From assembly GCA_918797485.1 (NCBI GenBank), contig CAKKNE010000006.1:2294001-2358000 (forward strand): DNA of 64,000 nucleotides. Direction: 5' to 3'. Shown here in pieces: positions 51,579-60,752 of this stretch. The notes beneath the pieces were generated by a model. That model worked only from the letters and a program-made list of their open reading frames with translations. It was not told the DNA's origin and searched no databases. The translations under genes and the position numbers were made by a program. Position 1 is the stretch's first letter, and the number at the start of each line of letters is the position of its first letter. The DNA is from Pelagomonas calceolata. Taxonomy: Eukaryota.

Positions 51579-52928
51579 ATGTCCGACTCCGAGGAGTACG
51601 ACTACGGGTCAGATGAAGAACAATATAATTATAGTGATGAAGATCAAAATGATGAAGGGGAAGATGATAAAATAGCCATCGAGAACGCCTACTACGAAGG
51701 CGACGATTTGAAGAATGAAAATCCGCAACAAGCTTGTCAGCTATTTGAGAGAGTCGTACAATTGGAAGGCGAGCGCGGCGACGAGGTGAAGTGGCGCTTC
51801 AAGGCGTTAGAGAACCTTGTAGTCTTGAAATTCAAGCTCGGCGCGTACGACGAGATGGCGTCGCGCTACGCGGAAATGTTAACACATGCACAAACAGTAA
51901 CGAGGAACGAGTGCGGCGACGGCGTCAACGCTGTTTTAGATGCTCTTGCCGATCCGCAATCACAATGCTCAGACGAAATCATGCGAAAGATGTTCGCCAT
52001 CACGTTTAGTGCTCTGAAAAGCTCTTCCAACGAGCGGCTGTGGTTCAACTGCAACGTGAAAGCGGGCAAGTTGCATCTGGCGCGCGGTGATCACAATGCT
52101 GTCAGACAGGTGGTCGATGAGTTGAAGAAGTCGTGCCAGAAGCCTGATGGTACAGATGATAGTAGCAAAGGTACTTCTCTACTCGAGGCCTATGCCTTGG
52201 AGATCTCGCTCTGTGCGGCCACCAGAGACGCGCGACGCATGAAAAGGATCTACCCTAGAACGCTGAACCTCAATGCGGCCGTCGCGGATCCGCGGATCAT
52301 GGGCGTGATCCGCGAGGAAGGAGGGAGGATGCACATGCGCGACGCGAACTTCGCCGAGGCCTACAACGAGTTCTATGCTGGATTTAGAGCGTACCAAGAA
52401 GCTGGTAATAGTAGAGCCAAGGACTGCCTGAAGTACGTCGTGCTCGCAAACATGTTAGCTCTATCGGACATCAACCCTTTTGACGCTAGAGAAGCGAAAG
52501 CCTACCAGGAGGAGACCGAAGTCGCTGCTATGAGGAGATTACGTGTGTCTTATGATGCCAATGATTTGAGGCAGTTCGAGACCACTCTGACCGATAAGCG
52601 GAACAACATCCAGTCGGACCCGTTCCTCATGGAGTACGTCGATCCTTTGCGGCGGAGGATGCGGGAGCAAGTACTTTTGAGTTTGGTGAAGCCCTATCGA
52701 AGGGTCAAGTTGGACTTCCTCGCTGGTAAGTTGCAACTGTCTGAGAGTGACGTGGAGCAGATCGTGGTGGCCATGATCCTAGATGATCGCATTGAGGGAG
52801 AGGTGGACATGCTCGAGAAGCACCTGGTGCTGTCCGGGAAAGAGGAGGGCAAGAAGCATCGGGAGCTGGCGAAGTGGGCGGGCGCGCTCGAGAGCCTCGC
52901 GAAGGGCATGGCGAACCGGGCCCAGTAG
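51579..52928 (+). CDS. CSN2: COP9 signalosome subunit 2
   Basis: IENAYY, WRFKAL, NERLWF, KGTSLLEAYALEI, PRIMGVIREEGG, CLKYVVLANML..INPFD, PCI domain. Confidence 0.96.
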   Translation: MSDSEEYDYGSDEEQYNYSDEDQNDEGEDDKIAIENAYYEGDDLKNENPQQACQLFERVVQLEGERGDEVKWRFKALENLVVLKFKLGAYDEMASRYAEMLTHAQTVTRNECGDGVNAVLDALADPQSQCSDEIMRKMFAITFSALKSSSNERLWFNCNVKAGKLHLARGDHNAVRQVVDELKKSCQKPDGTDDSSKGTSLLEAYALEISLCAATRDARRMKRIYPRTLNLNAAVADPRIMGVIREEGGRMHMRDANFAEAYNEFYAGFRAYQEAGNSRAKDCLKYVVLANMLALSDINPFDAREAKAYQEETEVAAMRRLRVSYDANDLRQFETTLTDKRNNIQSDPFLMEYVDPLRRRMREQVLLSLVKPYRRVKLDFLAGKLQLSESDVEQIVVAMILDDRIEGEVDMLEKHLVLSGKEEGKKHRELAKWAGALESLAKGMANRAQ

Positions 52929-53106
52929 GAGCTTGCCCTTGTGTTAACATGATATGACTATTATTCGCGTCGACGGCGCCGGGGAGGGGCTCCGTGACTA
53001 GAAATTACTGAGGATCAAAAGTGCATGAGGATCGGGAGATAGGTAGGTGGCGTTCCGGCGCGAGGCAGGAGAGCCAGGGGAACAGAGCAGCAAGAGGACG
53101 GAGCGT

Positions 53107-54057
53107 CTACGGAGCGGGGAGTGTCCCTAGGGGGCCTTTCTGCCCGGGATCCTCGCCGCCGGGGGGCTGCGCCACCTGGGGCTGCGCCGCGGGGGACACG
53201 GCCGCGGCCACGGCGTCCTTCGGGCCGTAGCGGTACGCCGGGCAGCCGGGGCAGCTGAAGCAGCAGACGGAGATGGATATTGAAAGCAACACGACGATGA
53301 CGACCCACATTCCAATAAAAATAAAAAAGCGCATACATATCCAATCGTCGTCGTCGTCGTCGTCGTCGTCGTCCCTGTGTGGAAACCAAAGGTTTCGGCT
53401 CCACGCCATCGACGCGACAAGCCCACTGGGCGATTTCCACGCGGTCCGCGACAGCCGAGTGCAGTACCCATCCTGGTCGCAGTCGGGGAAGTCGCCGCCG
53501 CAACACGTCGGGTAGTAGTTGTAGCCGCTGCCGCACTCCTTGTAGCCGGGGGGGCAATTTCCCGGGACGCACGAGAGGTCGAGCGACGCGTCCGTCGAGG
53601 ATTCGCTTCCGTCGAACCCGCAGACGATTGAGACGTCCTCATCGTGGGTGCACGCCGACGGCCCACCCGACCTTCCATCGACGGCTTCGAGGAACGTGGT
53701 GTAGGTGGTCGCCGTGTACGTGTACGTCGAGTAATCGTAGACGTAGGGGTCCTCCAGCTCGACGATGCCGCCGCCGGTCAGCGGCGTGTAGCAGTGGCCC
53801 TCGTCGACGGTCCACGAAACCCAGTCCGTGTTGAAGAGTTGCTTGCAGACGAGCGTCGCGTGGCTGTCCTCAAAATAACTGCCCGAGCCGTAGGCTCCGA
53901 GGCCGCTGCAGACCGAGCTCCATGCGCCTTTGTAGTACACCTGCAGGAGGCCGTCGTACCCCCCCGCCGTCCGGCCGTTTACCAGCTTCACGTCGCCCTC
54001 CGTCTGGGCGGACGCGGTCCCGACGAGCGCGCCGACGACGAGAGTGATGGAGCGCAT
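53107..54057 (-). CDS. Type I membrane protein with SRCR domain; probable intron at 53375-53452
   Basis: Signal peptide; VKLVNG...GLLQVYYKGAWSSVC...ATLVCKQL...CTHDEDVSIVC; TM helix followed by CCFSCPGCP. Confidence 0.85.
   Translation of the reverse strand: MRSITLVVGALVGTASAQTEGDVKLVNGRTAGGYDGLLQVYYKGAWSSVCSGLGAYGSGSYFEDSHATLVCKQLFNTDWVSWTVDEGHCYTPLTGGGIVELEDPYVYDYSTYTYTATTYTTFLEAVDGRSGGPSACTHDEDVSIVCGFDGSESSTDASLDLSCVPGNCPPGYKECGSGYNYYPTCCGGDFPDCDQDGYCTRLSRTAWKSPSGLVASMAWSRNLWFPHRDDDDDDDDDDWICMRFFIFIGMWVVIVVLLSISISVCCFSCPGCPAYRYGPKDAVAAAVSPAAQPQVAQPPGGEDPGQKGPLGTLPAP
53375..53452 (-). mobile_element. Degenerate introner-derived intron, 78 nt, in frame and without a stop
   Basis: TIR-like ctgtgtggaaaccaa...gatttccacgcgg; core ctccacgccatcgacgcgac; GT located 8 nt outside the TIR; TSD not recognisable. 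Confidence 0.72.
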
Positions 54058-54403
54058 CGTGCAGCAGATGGGCAGCCTCTCCTCGTCGGCAAGGTGCGGC
54101 GCGCGCGACCGCGATTCGTCTCGGGTGTTGCCCGGGCTTGCCCGCTGTGCCGCTAACGCCGGAGCAATATACAGTTGGCGCTGGGCAGCACGAGGAGCAG
54201 ATTCTAGTGATCTTTCTAGTGGGCCACTATAGTGGCGCGCGAGATGATCGCGGCCCGACACGAGTCCTGTCTCTCGCCATGATTCGCCGATCAGATCATC
54301 ATGATCATGTGCCTTAGTAGAGCTAGGCCATCGAGTCGCGCGCCTGCGCGGCTTGCGTGGCGACCGTGCGCTTCGAGGGTTGGACGTAGACCACAACATG
54401 TTG

Positions 54404-55258
54404 TTACGCGCGCGCCTCAAGAGCCAACTCATCCATCGCAGCAAACCGCTGGACGCCCTCCGCGTCGCCCGCGATACCACCGACGATGGCGTCGGCCAGC
54501 GTGCCCACTCTGATGGTTCTATCAACGAAGGGCACGCCTAAAGCCGAAGCCAAGTTGAAGACCGGGATGATGGGCAACACGTCGAGCTTGCCCCAGGACC
54601 AGATGAGCGAAGGGCGGTACACCACCGGTCGTAACTTATCTGAATTCTCACTGAGCTTGGCCTCCACGGCTCGTTTGGCGACTAAATACCTACGAAGCCA
54701 CTCCGGAGCTACCTTATCTTCGACGAAGGACCCGCCAGCGACGTCGGGCCACCCGGACTCCGCGCACGACACGAACGCGAACGGTGTGCGAGGTGCAAAC
54801 GGCAACCGTAGGCGATTCGCCGTCGCATCAATGGCGTTGAAGGCCGTCTGCCGCGTGATGCGATCATATGTACTTTCCGCACCGGGCACGGAATTGGAGC
54901 CGCTCACGACCTTCGAGAACTGCGTTAAACCCGAGTCCACGTCGAACAACAACCCCACGGCGTGCACGACGGCGTCGGCGTCCTTCACGAACTGCTGGAC
55001 GTCCTTCGCGTCCGCGGCGTCTCCACTAATCCATTCGACGCAGTCTAAGGCGGCGTCGCCCGGCAGCGGGTTCTCGCCTCTTCTGCTTAATGAAGCGACT
55101 TCCCAGCCTCGTTCCACCGCGCGTTTGCAGACCTCTCTTCCTACGTACCCCGACCCGCCGAGGACGCAGAGGCGCTTGGGAGGGGCGGCTGACATGCTCA
55201 TGTGCTGGCGCGTCAGAGCGAATGCGGCTGGCAAGAGGATTAAAGCTTTGACAGTCAT
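54404..55258 (-). CDS. NAD(P)-binding atypical SDR / epimerase-like protein
   Basis: VLGGSGYVGREVCK, SLSRRG, DAVVHAVG, RYLVAKRAVE, YRPSLI. Confidence 0.88.
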   Translation of the reverse strand: MTVKALILLPAAFALTRQHMSMSAAPPKRLCVLGGSGYVGREVCKRAVERGWEVASLSRRGENPLPGDAALDCVEWISGDAADAKDVQQFVKDADAVVHAVGLLFDVDSGLTQFSKVVSGSNSVPGAESTYDRITRQTAFNAIDATANRLRLPFAPRTPFAFVSCAESGWPDVAGGSFVEDKVAPEWLRRYLVAKRAVEAKLSENSDKLRPVVYRPSLIWSWGKLDVLPIIPVFNLASALGVPFVDRTIRVGTLADAIVGGIAGDAEGVQRFAAMDELALEARA

Positions 55259-55368
55259 GGCGCAGACGTATGGTGGGGATGGCTACGTCCTTTTGGGGCA
55301 CTGTATGCAATTCGTGCGTGCCGTTCAGTGCCAAAATGAGTCTCTGAGCTGGTTATTTGAGCTGGTGC

Positions 55369-55390
55369 TTAGCGTAGCGACACACACTAG
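55369..55390 (+). promoter_or_regulatory. Variant motif TTAGCG-N10-CACTAG
   Basis: TTAGCGTAGCGACACACACTAG, between divergent genes. Confidence 0.5.
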
Positions 55391-55558
55391 TATGCTCCAG
55401 GCCCGCGGCGCCGCGGCCAGCGAGCGTGTGGTGCACGGCCACGGCGTGGGAGAACGCTGTTGGATCACTGCTACCGGGCGCAATCGCTGCGCCGCATACG
55501 CCGCCGCCGCAGGGCCGCCAAAACGCCGCCGCTGCAGCAGCCCTAGGCAGCACCAAGG

Positions 55559-56842
55559 ATGGTCGAGGCCATCCGCGACTGCGAGGCGTTGGTGGCGGCG
55601 GTAGCTAGAGCTTTTTATCCCGATGATGTGGCTATTGTGTTGGATGCATTGATCCGAGACAGGTATGTGCGCGAGGACGAGATGGGGCGACGGCTGCGCA
55701 TGTCCGCGCGGCAAGCTAGGAAGCTTTTACAGTTACTCGAAGGCGAGCGATTGGTCGATTTCGAGGTTTTGGACGTCGGCGCCGACGGAAAACTAAAAAA
55801 AAAGAAGAAAGATTTAGGTCATGAGATAGGTAAAGCCGGAGATGCGGGCCGGAAATCCCCGGCACCACCCGCGGCGAACGAGATCTACTGGTACGTCGAC
55901 CTGGCGCGGTTCGTCGATGTGATACGGTGGCGCGTGCACACGATGCGCGAGACGATTCGCAAGAGGGAGTCGGCAGCTACCGCGGCGCTGACGTTTCGGT
56001 GCGGCCGGTGCGGCGTCGGCCAGTCGTCTCTAGATGCTGTCAGGTACCAGTTCAAGTGCCCCGAGCGGCTGTGTCTGGGCGAGCCCGACGCTTTACTTAC
56101 TGAATCCGCTCTTGACGCTTCTCTCACTTCTGCCAGAAGATTAGGAGCAAAAGTAGACACGCAGCTTGGGAGTAGCGAGGATCATGATAGGGCGGGCATT
56201 TATGAACTACTTAGGAGGTTAGATGGGAAGGAGCTGCCCTCAAATAAGCCGTCCGAGAACCGCGCCAGAGGTGTGGGCGGCTGGTTAGGTAACCGCGGCG
56301 ACGACAAAAAATACACGAGGAACGAGGACGGCACCATCACCACGACCTTCGGGTCGAAGCATGATAGAAGTGGATTGGCTTCGGCGCTGTTTGCTCGCAA
56401 CGACCGCGGGCAGACTGTCTCCGTGTCGCTCAACGGAGAAACGACTACTTCCACAGAGCCATCTAAGAAAGAAGCGAAGAAAGATAGCTCATTACCTTCG
56501 TTTCTGCAGGGGTCTAGAGTGAAACCGAGAACTGCGCAGGACATGTATGCCAATGACGAAAGTGATGAGGACATGGAGGACGCGGAGGGCCTCGTGGCGA
56601 CACAGGCCGCGCGGCAGGCGTCCGAAAGTTGGAAGCCCGTGGATCGGGGCGGGGCGGTGCACTTGGGCGCTCGGGGCGGGTGGGCCGCGGTCACGTCGCC
56701 GCGAGAGGTCGTCGAGGAGGTTGTTGAAGAGGAGGAGGAGGTCGTCGTCGAGTCGGACGACGATGCGGGCGTGGCGTGGACGCCGTACACGCGGGACGAT
56801 GCGCGGCTGGGGTACGTGTTCGTGCCGAGTAATGTGAGTTAA
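55559..56842 (+). CDS. GTF2E1: Transcription factor IIE alpha subunit
   Basis: LVAAVARAFY, IVLDAL, YWYVDLARFVDVIRWRVH, zinc ribbon CGRC...CPERLC, acidic tail. Confidence 0.85.
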   Translation: MVEAIRDCEALVAAVARAFYPDDVAIVLDALIRDRYVREDEMGRRLRMSARQARKLLQLLEGERLVDFEVLDVGADGKLKKKKKDLGHEIGKAGDAGRKSPAPPAANEIYWYVDLARFVDVIRWRVHTMRETIRKRESAATAALTFRCGRCGVGQSSLDAVRYQFKCPERLCLGEPDALLTESALDASLTSARRLGAKVDTQLGSSEDHDRAGIYELLRRLDGKELPSNKPSENRARGVGGWLGNRGDDKKYTRNEDGTITTTFGSKHDRSGLASALFARNDRGQTVSVSLNGETTTSTEPSKKEAKKDSSLPSFLQGSRVKPRTAQDMYANDESDEDMEDAEGLVATQAARQASESWKPVDRGGAVHLGARGGWAAVTSPREVVEEVVEEEEEVVVESDDDAGVAWTPYTRDDARLGYVFVPSNVS

Positions 56843-56998
56843 CTTTGATTACCTGAGAAAATCAGTTTGCGAGGAAGGATCATTTGCGTTTAGAGCGTTC
56901 GCGCCGCGCGGCGTGTTTTTTTGCGAGCTGAAAAATCGGGTTTTTCAAGCCGAGTCAAGCCGCCGCGCGAGCCCAATAACTCACCGCAAAAACGCAAG

Positions 56999-58117
56999 AT
57001 GATCCTCACAACTTGCGCCGCCTGCGCCGCCCCACTGGCCCACGACGCGCCGCGATGCGTGAGATGTAAGTTAAGATACTGTGATGCCACTTGCCAGCAT
57101 GACCACTGGCGCCGCGGCCACAAGCAGATGTGTAAGAAAATACACCGCGGCGGCAACGCTGAGCAGTATAATGCAGACAAAAAATACAAGGAGGCCGTCG
57201 CGGTCGCGGTCGAGGCGTGCGCGGACGACACGAAGGGTCAGACGTGCTACATCTGCACGCAAGCCTTGCATTGGAAGACGAAGGAGGGCCTCGTGCGCGG
57301 GTGCTCGTGCCGTGGAACGGCGGGGTTTGCCCACGTGTCGTGTTTGGCGGAGCAGGCAAAGATTTTGAATGACGAGGCCGAGGCGAACAATTTGGGCGTC
57401 AAGGCGATGAATGAGAGGTGGAGGCGGTGGGACACGTGTAGTTTGTGCGAGCAGGAGTACCACGGCGTCGTGCGGTGCGCGCTCGGGTGGGCGTGCTGGA
57501 AGACATACGTGGGCCGGCCGGAGGCGGATCAGATTCAACGCTTGGCGATGCAACAGCTTGGGAACGGCTTATTCGAGGCAGACCACTACGAGGACGCGTT
57601 GTCCGTGTACGAGGCGGAGTTGTCTGTGGTGCGGCGCCTTGATGGATCTGAGCACGCTATCATCGGCGTGCTGGCCAATCTTGCGAGCACGTATCAATTG
57701 GTAGGGCGGTTTGAAGATGCTTTGAGACTGAAAAGAGATTCATACCGGAGGGCTTTGAAACTATTTGGCGAAGATAGTAGAGAAGCCCTCTCAGAAGCTA
57801 TGAATCTCGCACTTGCACTCCGGCTTACTGGTAACAAACCAGAGGCGAAAGAGTTACTGCGGGCCCGTATTCCCGTCGCCGAACGATCACTTGGGCGCGA
57901 ACACTATATATATTTCAGACTACGCTGGCTTTATGCAAACTCTCTTACCGATGTCGAGCCGTGCGACCTGGTTCAGGCCGAGGCACTGTTCGACGACATC
58001 TACACGCGCTTCCGGCGTGTGATGGGTGACGGGCATCCGGATACGCCGCGAATTCATAGCTGCCTTTTGGACATACGCAGGGAGCTGGCCCGCGCCCGCG
58101 CGTCGTCGCACGCCTAA
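56999..58117 (+). CDS. MYND zinc finger, RING-CH-like finger and TPR-like protein (paralog of the gene at 39111)
   Basis: MILTTCAACAAPL..HKQMC..GGNAEQYNADKKY..TKGQTCYIC..AHVSC..ALGWACW shared with the 39111 gene. Confidence 0.88.
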   Translation: MILTTCAACAAPLAHDAPRCVRCKLRYCDATCQHDHWRRGHKQMCKKIHRGGNAEQYNADKKYKEAVAVAVEACADDTKGQTCYICTQALHWKTKEGLVRGCSCRGTAGFAHVSCLAEQAKILNDEAEANNLGVKAMNERWRRWDTCSLCEQEYHGVVRCALGWACWKTYVGRPEADQIQRLAMQQLGNGLFEADHYEDALSVYEAELSVVRRLDGSEHAIIGVLANLASTYQLVGRFEDALRLKRDSYRRALKLFGEDSREALSEAMNLALALRLTGNKPEAKELLRARIPVAERSLGREHYIYFRLRWLYANSLTDVEPCDLVQAEALFDDIYTRFRRVMGDGHPDTPRIHSCLLDIRRELARARASSHA

Positions 58118-58233
58118 CTATTCAATCAGGGAAACTCAGAAGTAGGGGGTACGCCATCGCGGCGATGAAGAAACTCAAGTGCGTACTCTTACGCAAACAA
58201 TCCAATCCGGGATACTTGGGGGGTAGGAACGGC

Positions 58234-59109
58234 TCAACACGCCGCGGGCGCGAAGTAGGAGGCCGCGCCGCCCGACGGCGCGCGCGGCCGGCCCGTCTGC
58301 GTCGGCGCCAGGGACAGGGCCGCGGGGTACGGTATTGAGAGAGACGCCGGCAGCGGCGCCGCCGCGAAGGGCGCCGCCGGGCCGGGTGCTCGCACCGGCG
58401 GCGTCGCCGCGACCGGCGCTTGCGCCGGTATCAAATGTTGCGGCGTCGGCGGGCCCGGTGGTAATGGGGTCCGGCCGTCTCCCACAACAAACGACGTGGC
58501 GGCTGTAGAGGCAGCCCCGGCCACGGCCGCGACGGCGCCGCCGTCGCGCTGCTCGAAGGCCGAATGCCACGCGTCGCCGCGCCGCGCCAGATCCGCCAAT
58601 TGCGCCCTTGATACTGAGGTTTGCGCCACCACAACTAATCGGACGGGCTCCGGCGGCGGCGGCGGCGGCGGCGGCGGCGCGGGCGCCGGCGCGGCGGCGG
58701 CCGCTCGTTTCGCGTCGACGCACGCCTTCGTCAGCGCCCTCACGACGTCGATCGCTCGTTGGAGCAGATCCACGCGGTTCCCCTCGCTCACCGCGTCTCT
58801 CCTGGGCACGGAGCCCGCGCACCGCTCCTCGGCCTCGCCGAGCGCCTTGGTAAGCTCCTCGAATTTCTCGCCGACCTCCGCTCTCCTCCTCCTTTCTCTA
58901 GCGGACTTCCGATCAGCTCTCTCGGAGGCCGTCTCGTCGGCGCCGTCGCGCGCGCGCTTCTTCGAGCGCCCGGTTTGCGGCGCCGGCTGCGGCGGCGGCG
59001 GCGGCGGCGGCGCGGCGGGGGGCGCGAGGGCGCCCACGCCGGCCTGCGTCGGGTCGTCGTCCGTCGTCGACTGGAGGAAGTCGTTGATGAAGTTCTGGAG
59101 GGTGGACAT
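58234..59109 (-). CDS. bHLH transcription factor
   Basis: RKSARERRRRAEVGEKFEELTKAL...NRVDLLQRAIDVVRAL. Confidence 0.8.
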   Translation of the reverse strand: MSTLQNFINDFLQSTTDDDPTQAGVGALAPPAAPPPPPPPQPAPQTGRSKKRARDGADETASERADRKSARERRRRAEVGEKFEELTKALGEAEERCAGSVPRRDAVSEGNRVDLLQRAIDVVRALTKACVDAKRAAAAAPAPAPPPPPPPPPEPVRLVVVAQTSVSRAQLADLARRGDAWHSAFEQRDGGAVAAVAGAASTAATSFVVGDGRTPLPPGPPTPQHLIPAQAPVAATPPVRAPGPAAPFAAAPLPASLSIPYPAALSLAPTQTGRPRAPSGGAASYFAPAAC

Positions 59110-59670
59110 TTTGTCGCGTCTCGGGTTGCGTCTCGGGCGCGTCAATAGAATTTGTCGGCGCGCCCTACTGCCACGCGCGGTGTTCAACTCGCTGTGCTGC
59201 GCTCACCCGCCGGCCTCTTGCGCGATCGCTTCTCGCTCCGCGGCGATAACTGTCTGCTATCTGCACGTGGAGCGCTGGACTACGTAATCGCTATCGGCGC
59301 GCGGTTTCTGTTAATTGCAGCGACGCGCAGCAGCTTGGTGCCAACGAAAGAGTCTGTCGCGCTTGTTCAACGCGGCCAAAGTCACAAGACCAGGCGCCGG
59401 TACAACAGAGGGCAGACATGCGCCGCTCCCAAAGTTGGCACGCGAGCGCTAGTATGTGCTAGTATGCCAAAAACAAGTCCCGACGGGCCGTCAAAGGCTC
59501 CTAGCCCACGAGAACCGCGCCGTCCCCCCCTTCAAGACCCCTCGAGGGGTCCGGGGCAGTCCTGGCCCACAACGCGCGCCGCGGCGGCCGGCGCGCGTCC
59601 CCAGAGCGCAGCCCTACTCCAATCACACCATGAATCACCCGACCACACCATGAATCACACAAAGACCAAA

Positions 59671-60752
59671 TTACGCCTGACTAGCCAGAGTAGAAGCTTG
59701 GGTATCGGTCATCTGCGACCGCGTCCCTTCGTCGAACGCATCGATGGCCGCGTCCAGGATCTCCAATTGGGGAGAAGGAGCCAATCTAAACCAAGGCTTG
59801 ATCTCGACGAAGCCGCGCGGAAATAGGGACTTCGCGCGGATCGGCTCCACATCATTATTGATAAAGACCTGTGAATCAAAGTTCAAGCGCCCTGCAATTT
59901 GGGGTCTCTCGGGGTGTGTGTGAGGTGCTGCTCGCTCTACGCGGTCGAGTGTACCTCCCGGAGGTCGTGTCAAAGTTTGAGCCGAGATCACTGGTCGATT
60001 TCCACACAGATGAACACGTCCTCGCCCGACGCCCAGTTCCCGCCACACGACACGTGGGTATGGAGGAAGGTCATGTTCAGGGCATCGACCGCTCGTAAAA
60101 CTTCATGAAAGTTCCGTCCCACGGCCTCGGGATATTGTTGAATGATCTCGACCCTATTGTTCGGGTTCACTATCAATACCATCGACGCGTGCAGGACGCC
60201 TGTCGGGTGGGGGGGTTGCCCATGTCTCACCATGCCGATCGTCGACGCAATCACGGCATCGGAGTCAGCCACAATCGGGAATTCAACTCGCACATCCGAC
60301 AACTCCTCGGTGGCCGAGACCCACTTTTCTATCGTGGTCTTCGTGTTCACGGCCAGTCCCAGTATTTTTATTCTTCTTTCACCAAAGTCCTTTTGCAGCT
60401 CCGCGAGTGACGTTAGTTCTGAAGTAGCTACAGGGTCATAAGTCCGACAGAACGTCACAATCACGAGCCACTGGTTCTCGCCGTATTCCCGCGAATCGAC
60501 GGGCGCTTTTTCGTTCGTCGAAGCGGCCTTGAAATGAGGCAGTTCATCGCCGATCTGCAACGCAGCGTACGTATCTTCCCCATCGCCGCCGTCGCTCGAC
60601 GAGTCGTCCGGCACGGCTTTCAGGTACAGTTCGGCGGGCGTCGAGAAGCCGTCGGTGGGCTGCAACTCCCAGTCCTGCCGCCCGGCTTTACGAGAAGGGG
60701 CGAGCTGGTGCGCGCTCGGCGCCTTGGCGTCGTCGTCGACCTTAAAGTCCAT
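59671..60752 (-). CDS. 1-Cys peroxiredoxin (Prx6)-like protein lacking the peroxidatic Cys; 2 exons (60752-60018, 59868-59671)
   Basis: LQIGDELPHF, FPIVAD, YPEAVGRNFHEVLRAVDAL, NWASGEDVFI...FPRGFVEIKPWFRL after splicing. Confidence 0.85.
59869..60017 (-). mobile_element. Introner-derived intron, 149 nt, with divergent interior
   Basis: Minus strand: GTGTTCAT ctgtgtggaaatcgaccag...ttgattcacag GTCTTTAT; TSD matches 6 of 8; removal restores GEDVFINND. Confidence 0.87.

Noticed and set aside
1837..55390. Dispersed CTAG motif as a CRISPR repeat or transposon end
   Set aside because: Not arrayed with spacers, no cas genes, eukaryotic context, and no paired ends or TSDs seen
59621..59660. Short repeat cacaccatgaatcac occurring twice
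   Set aside because: Tiny local duplication in a 3' region with no further structure
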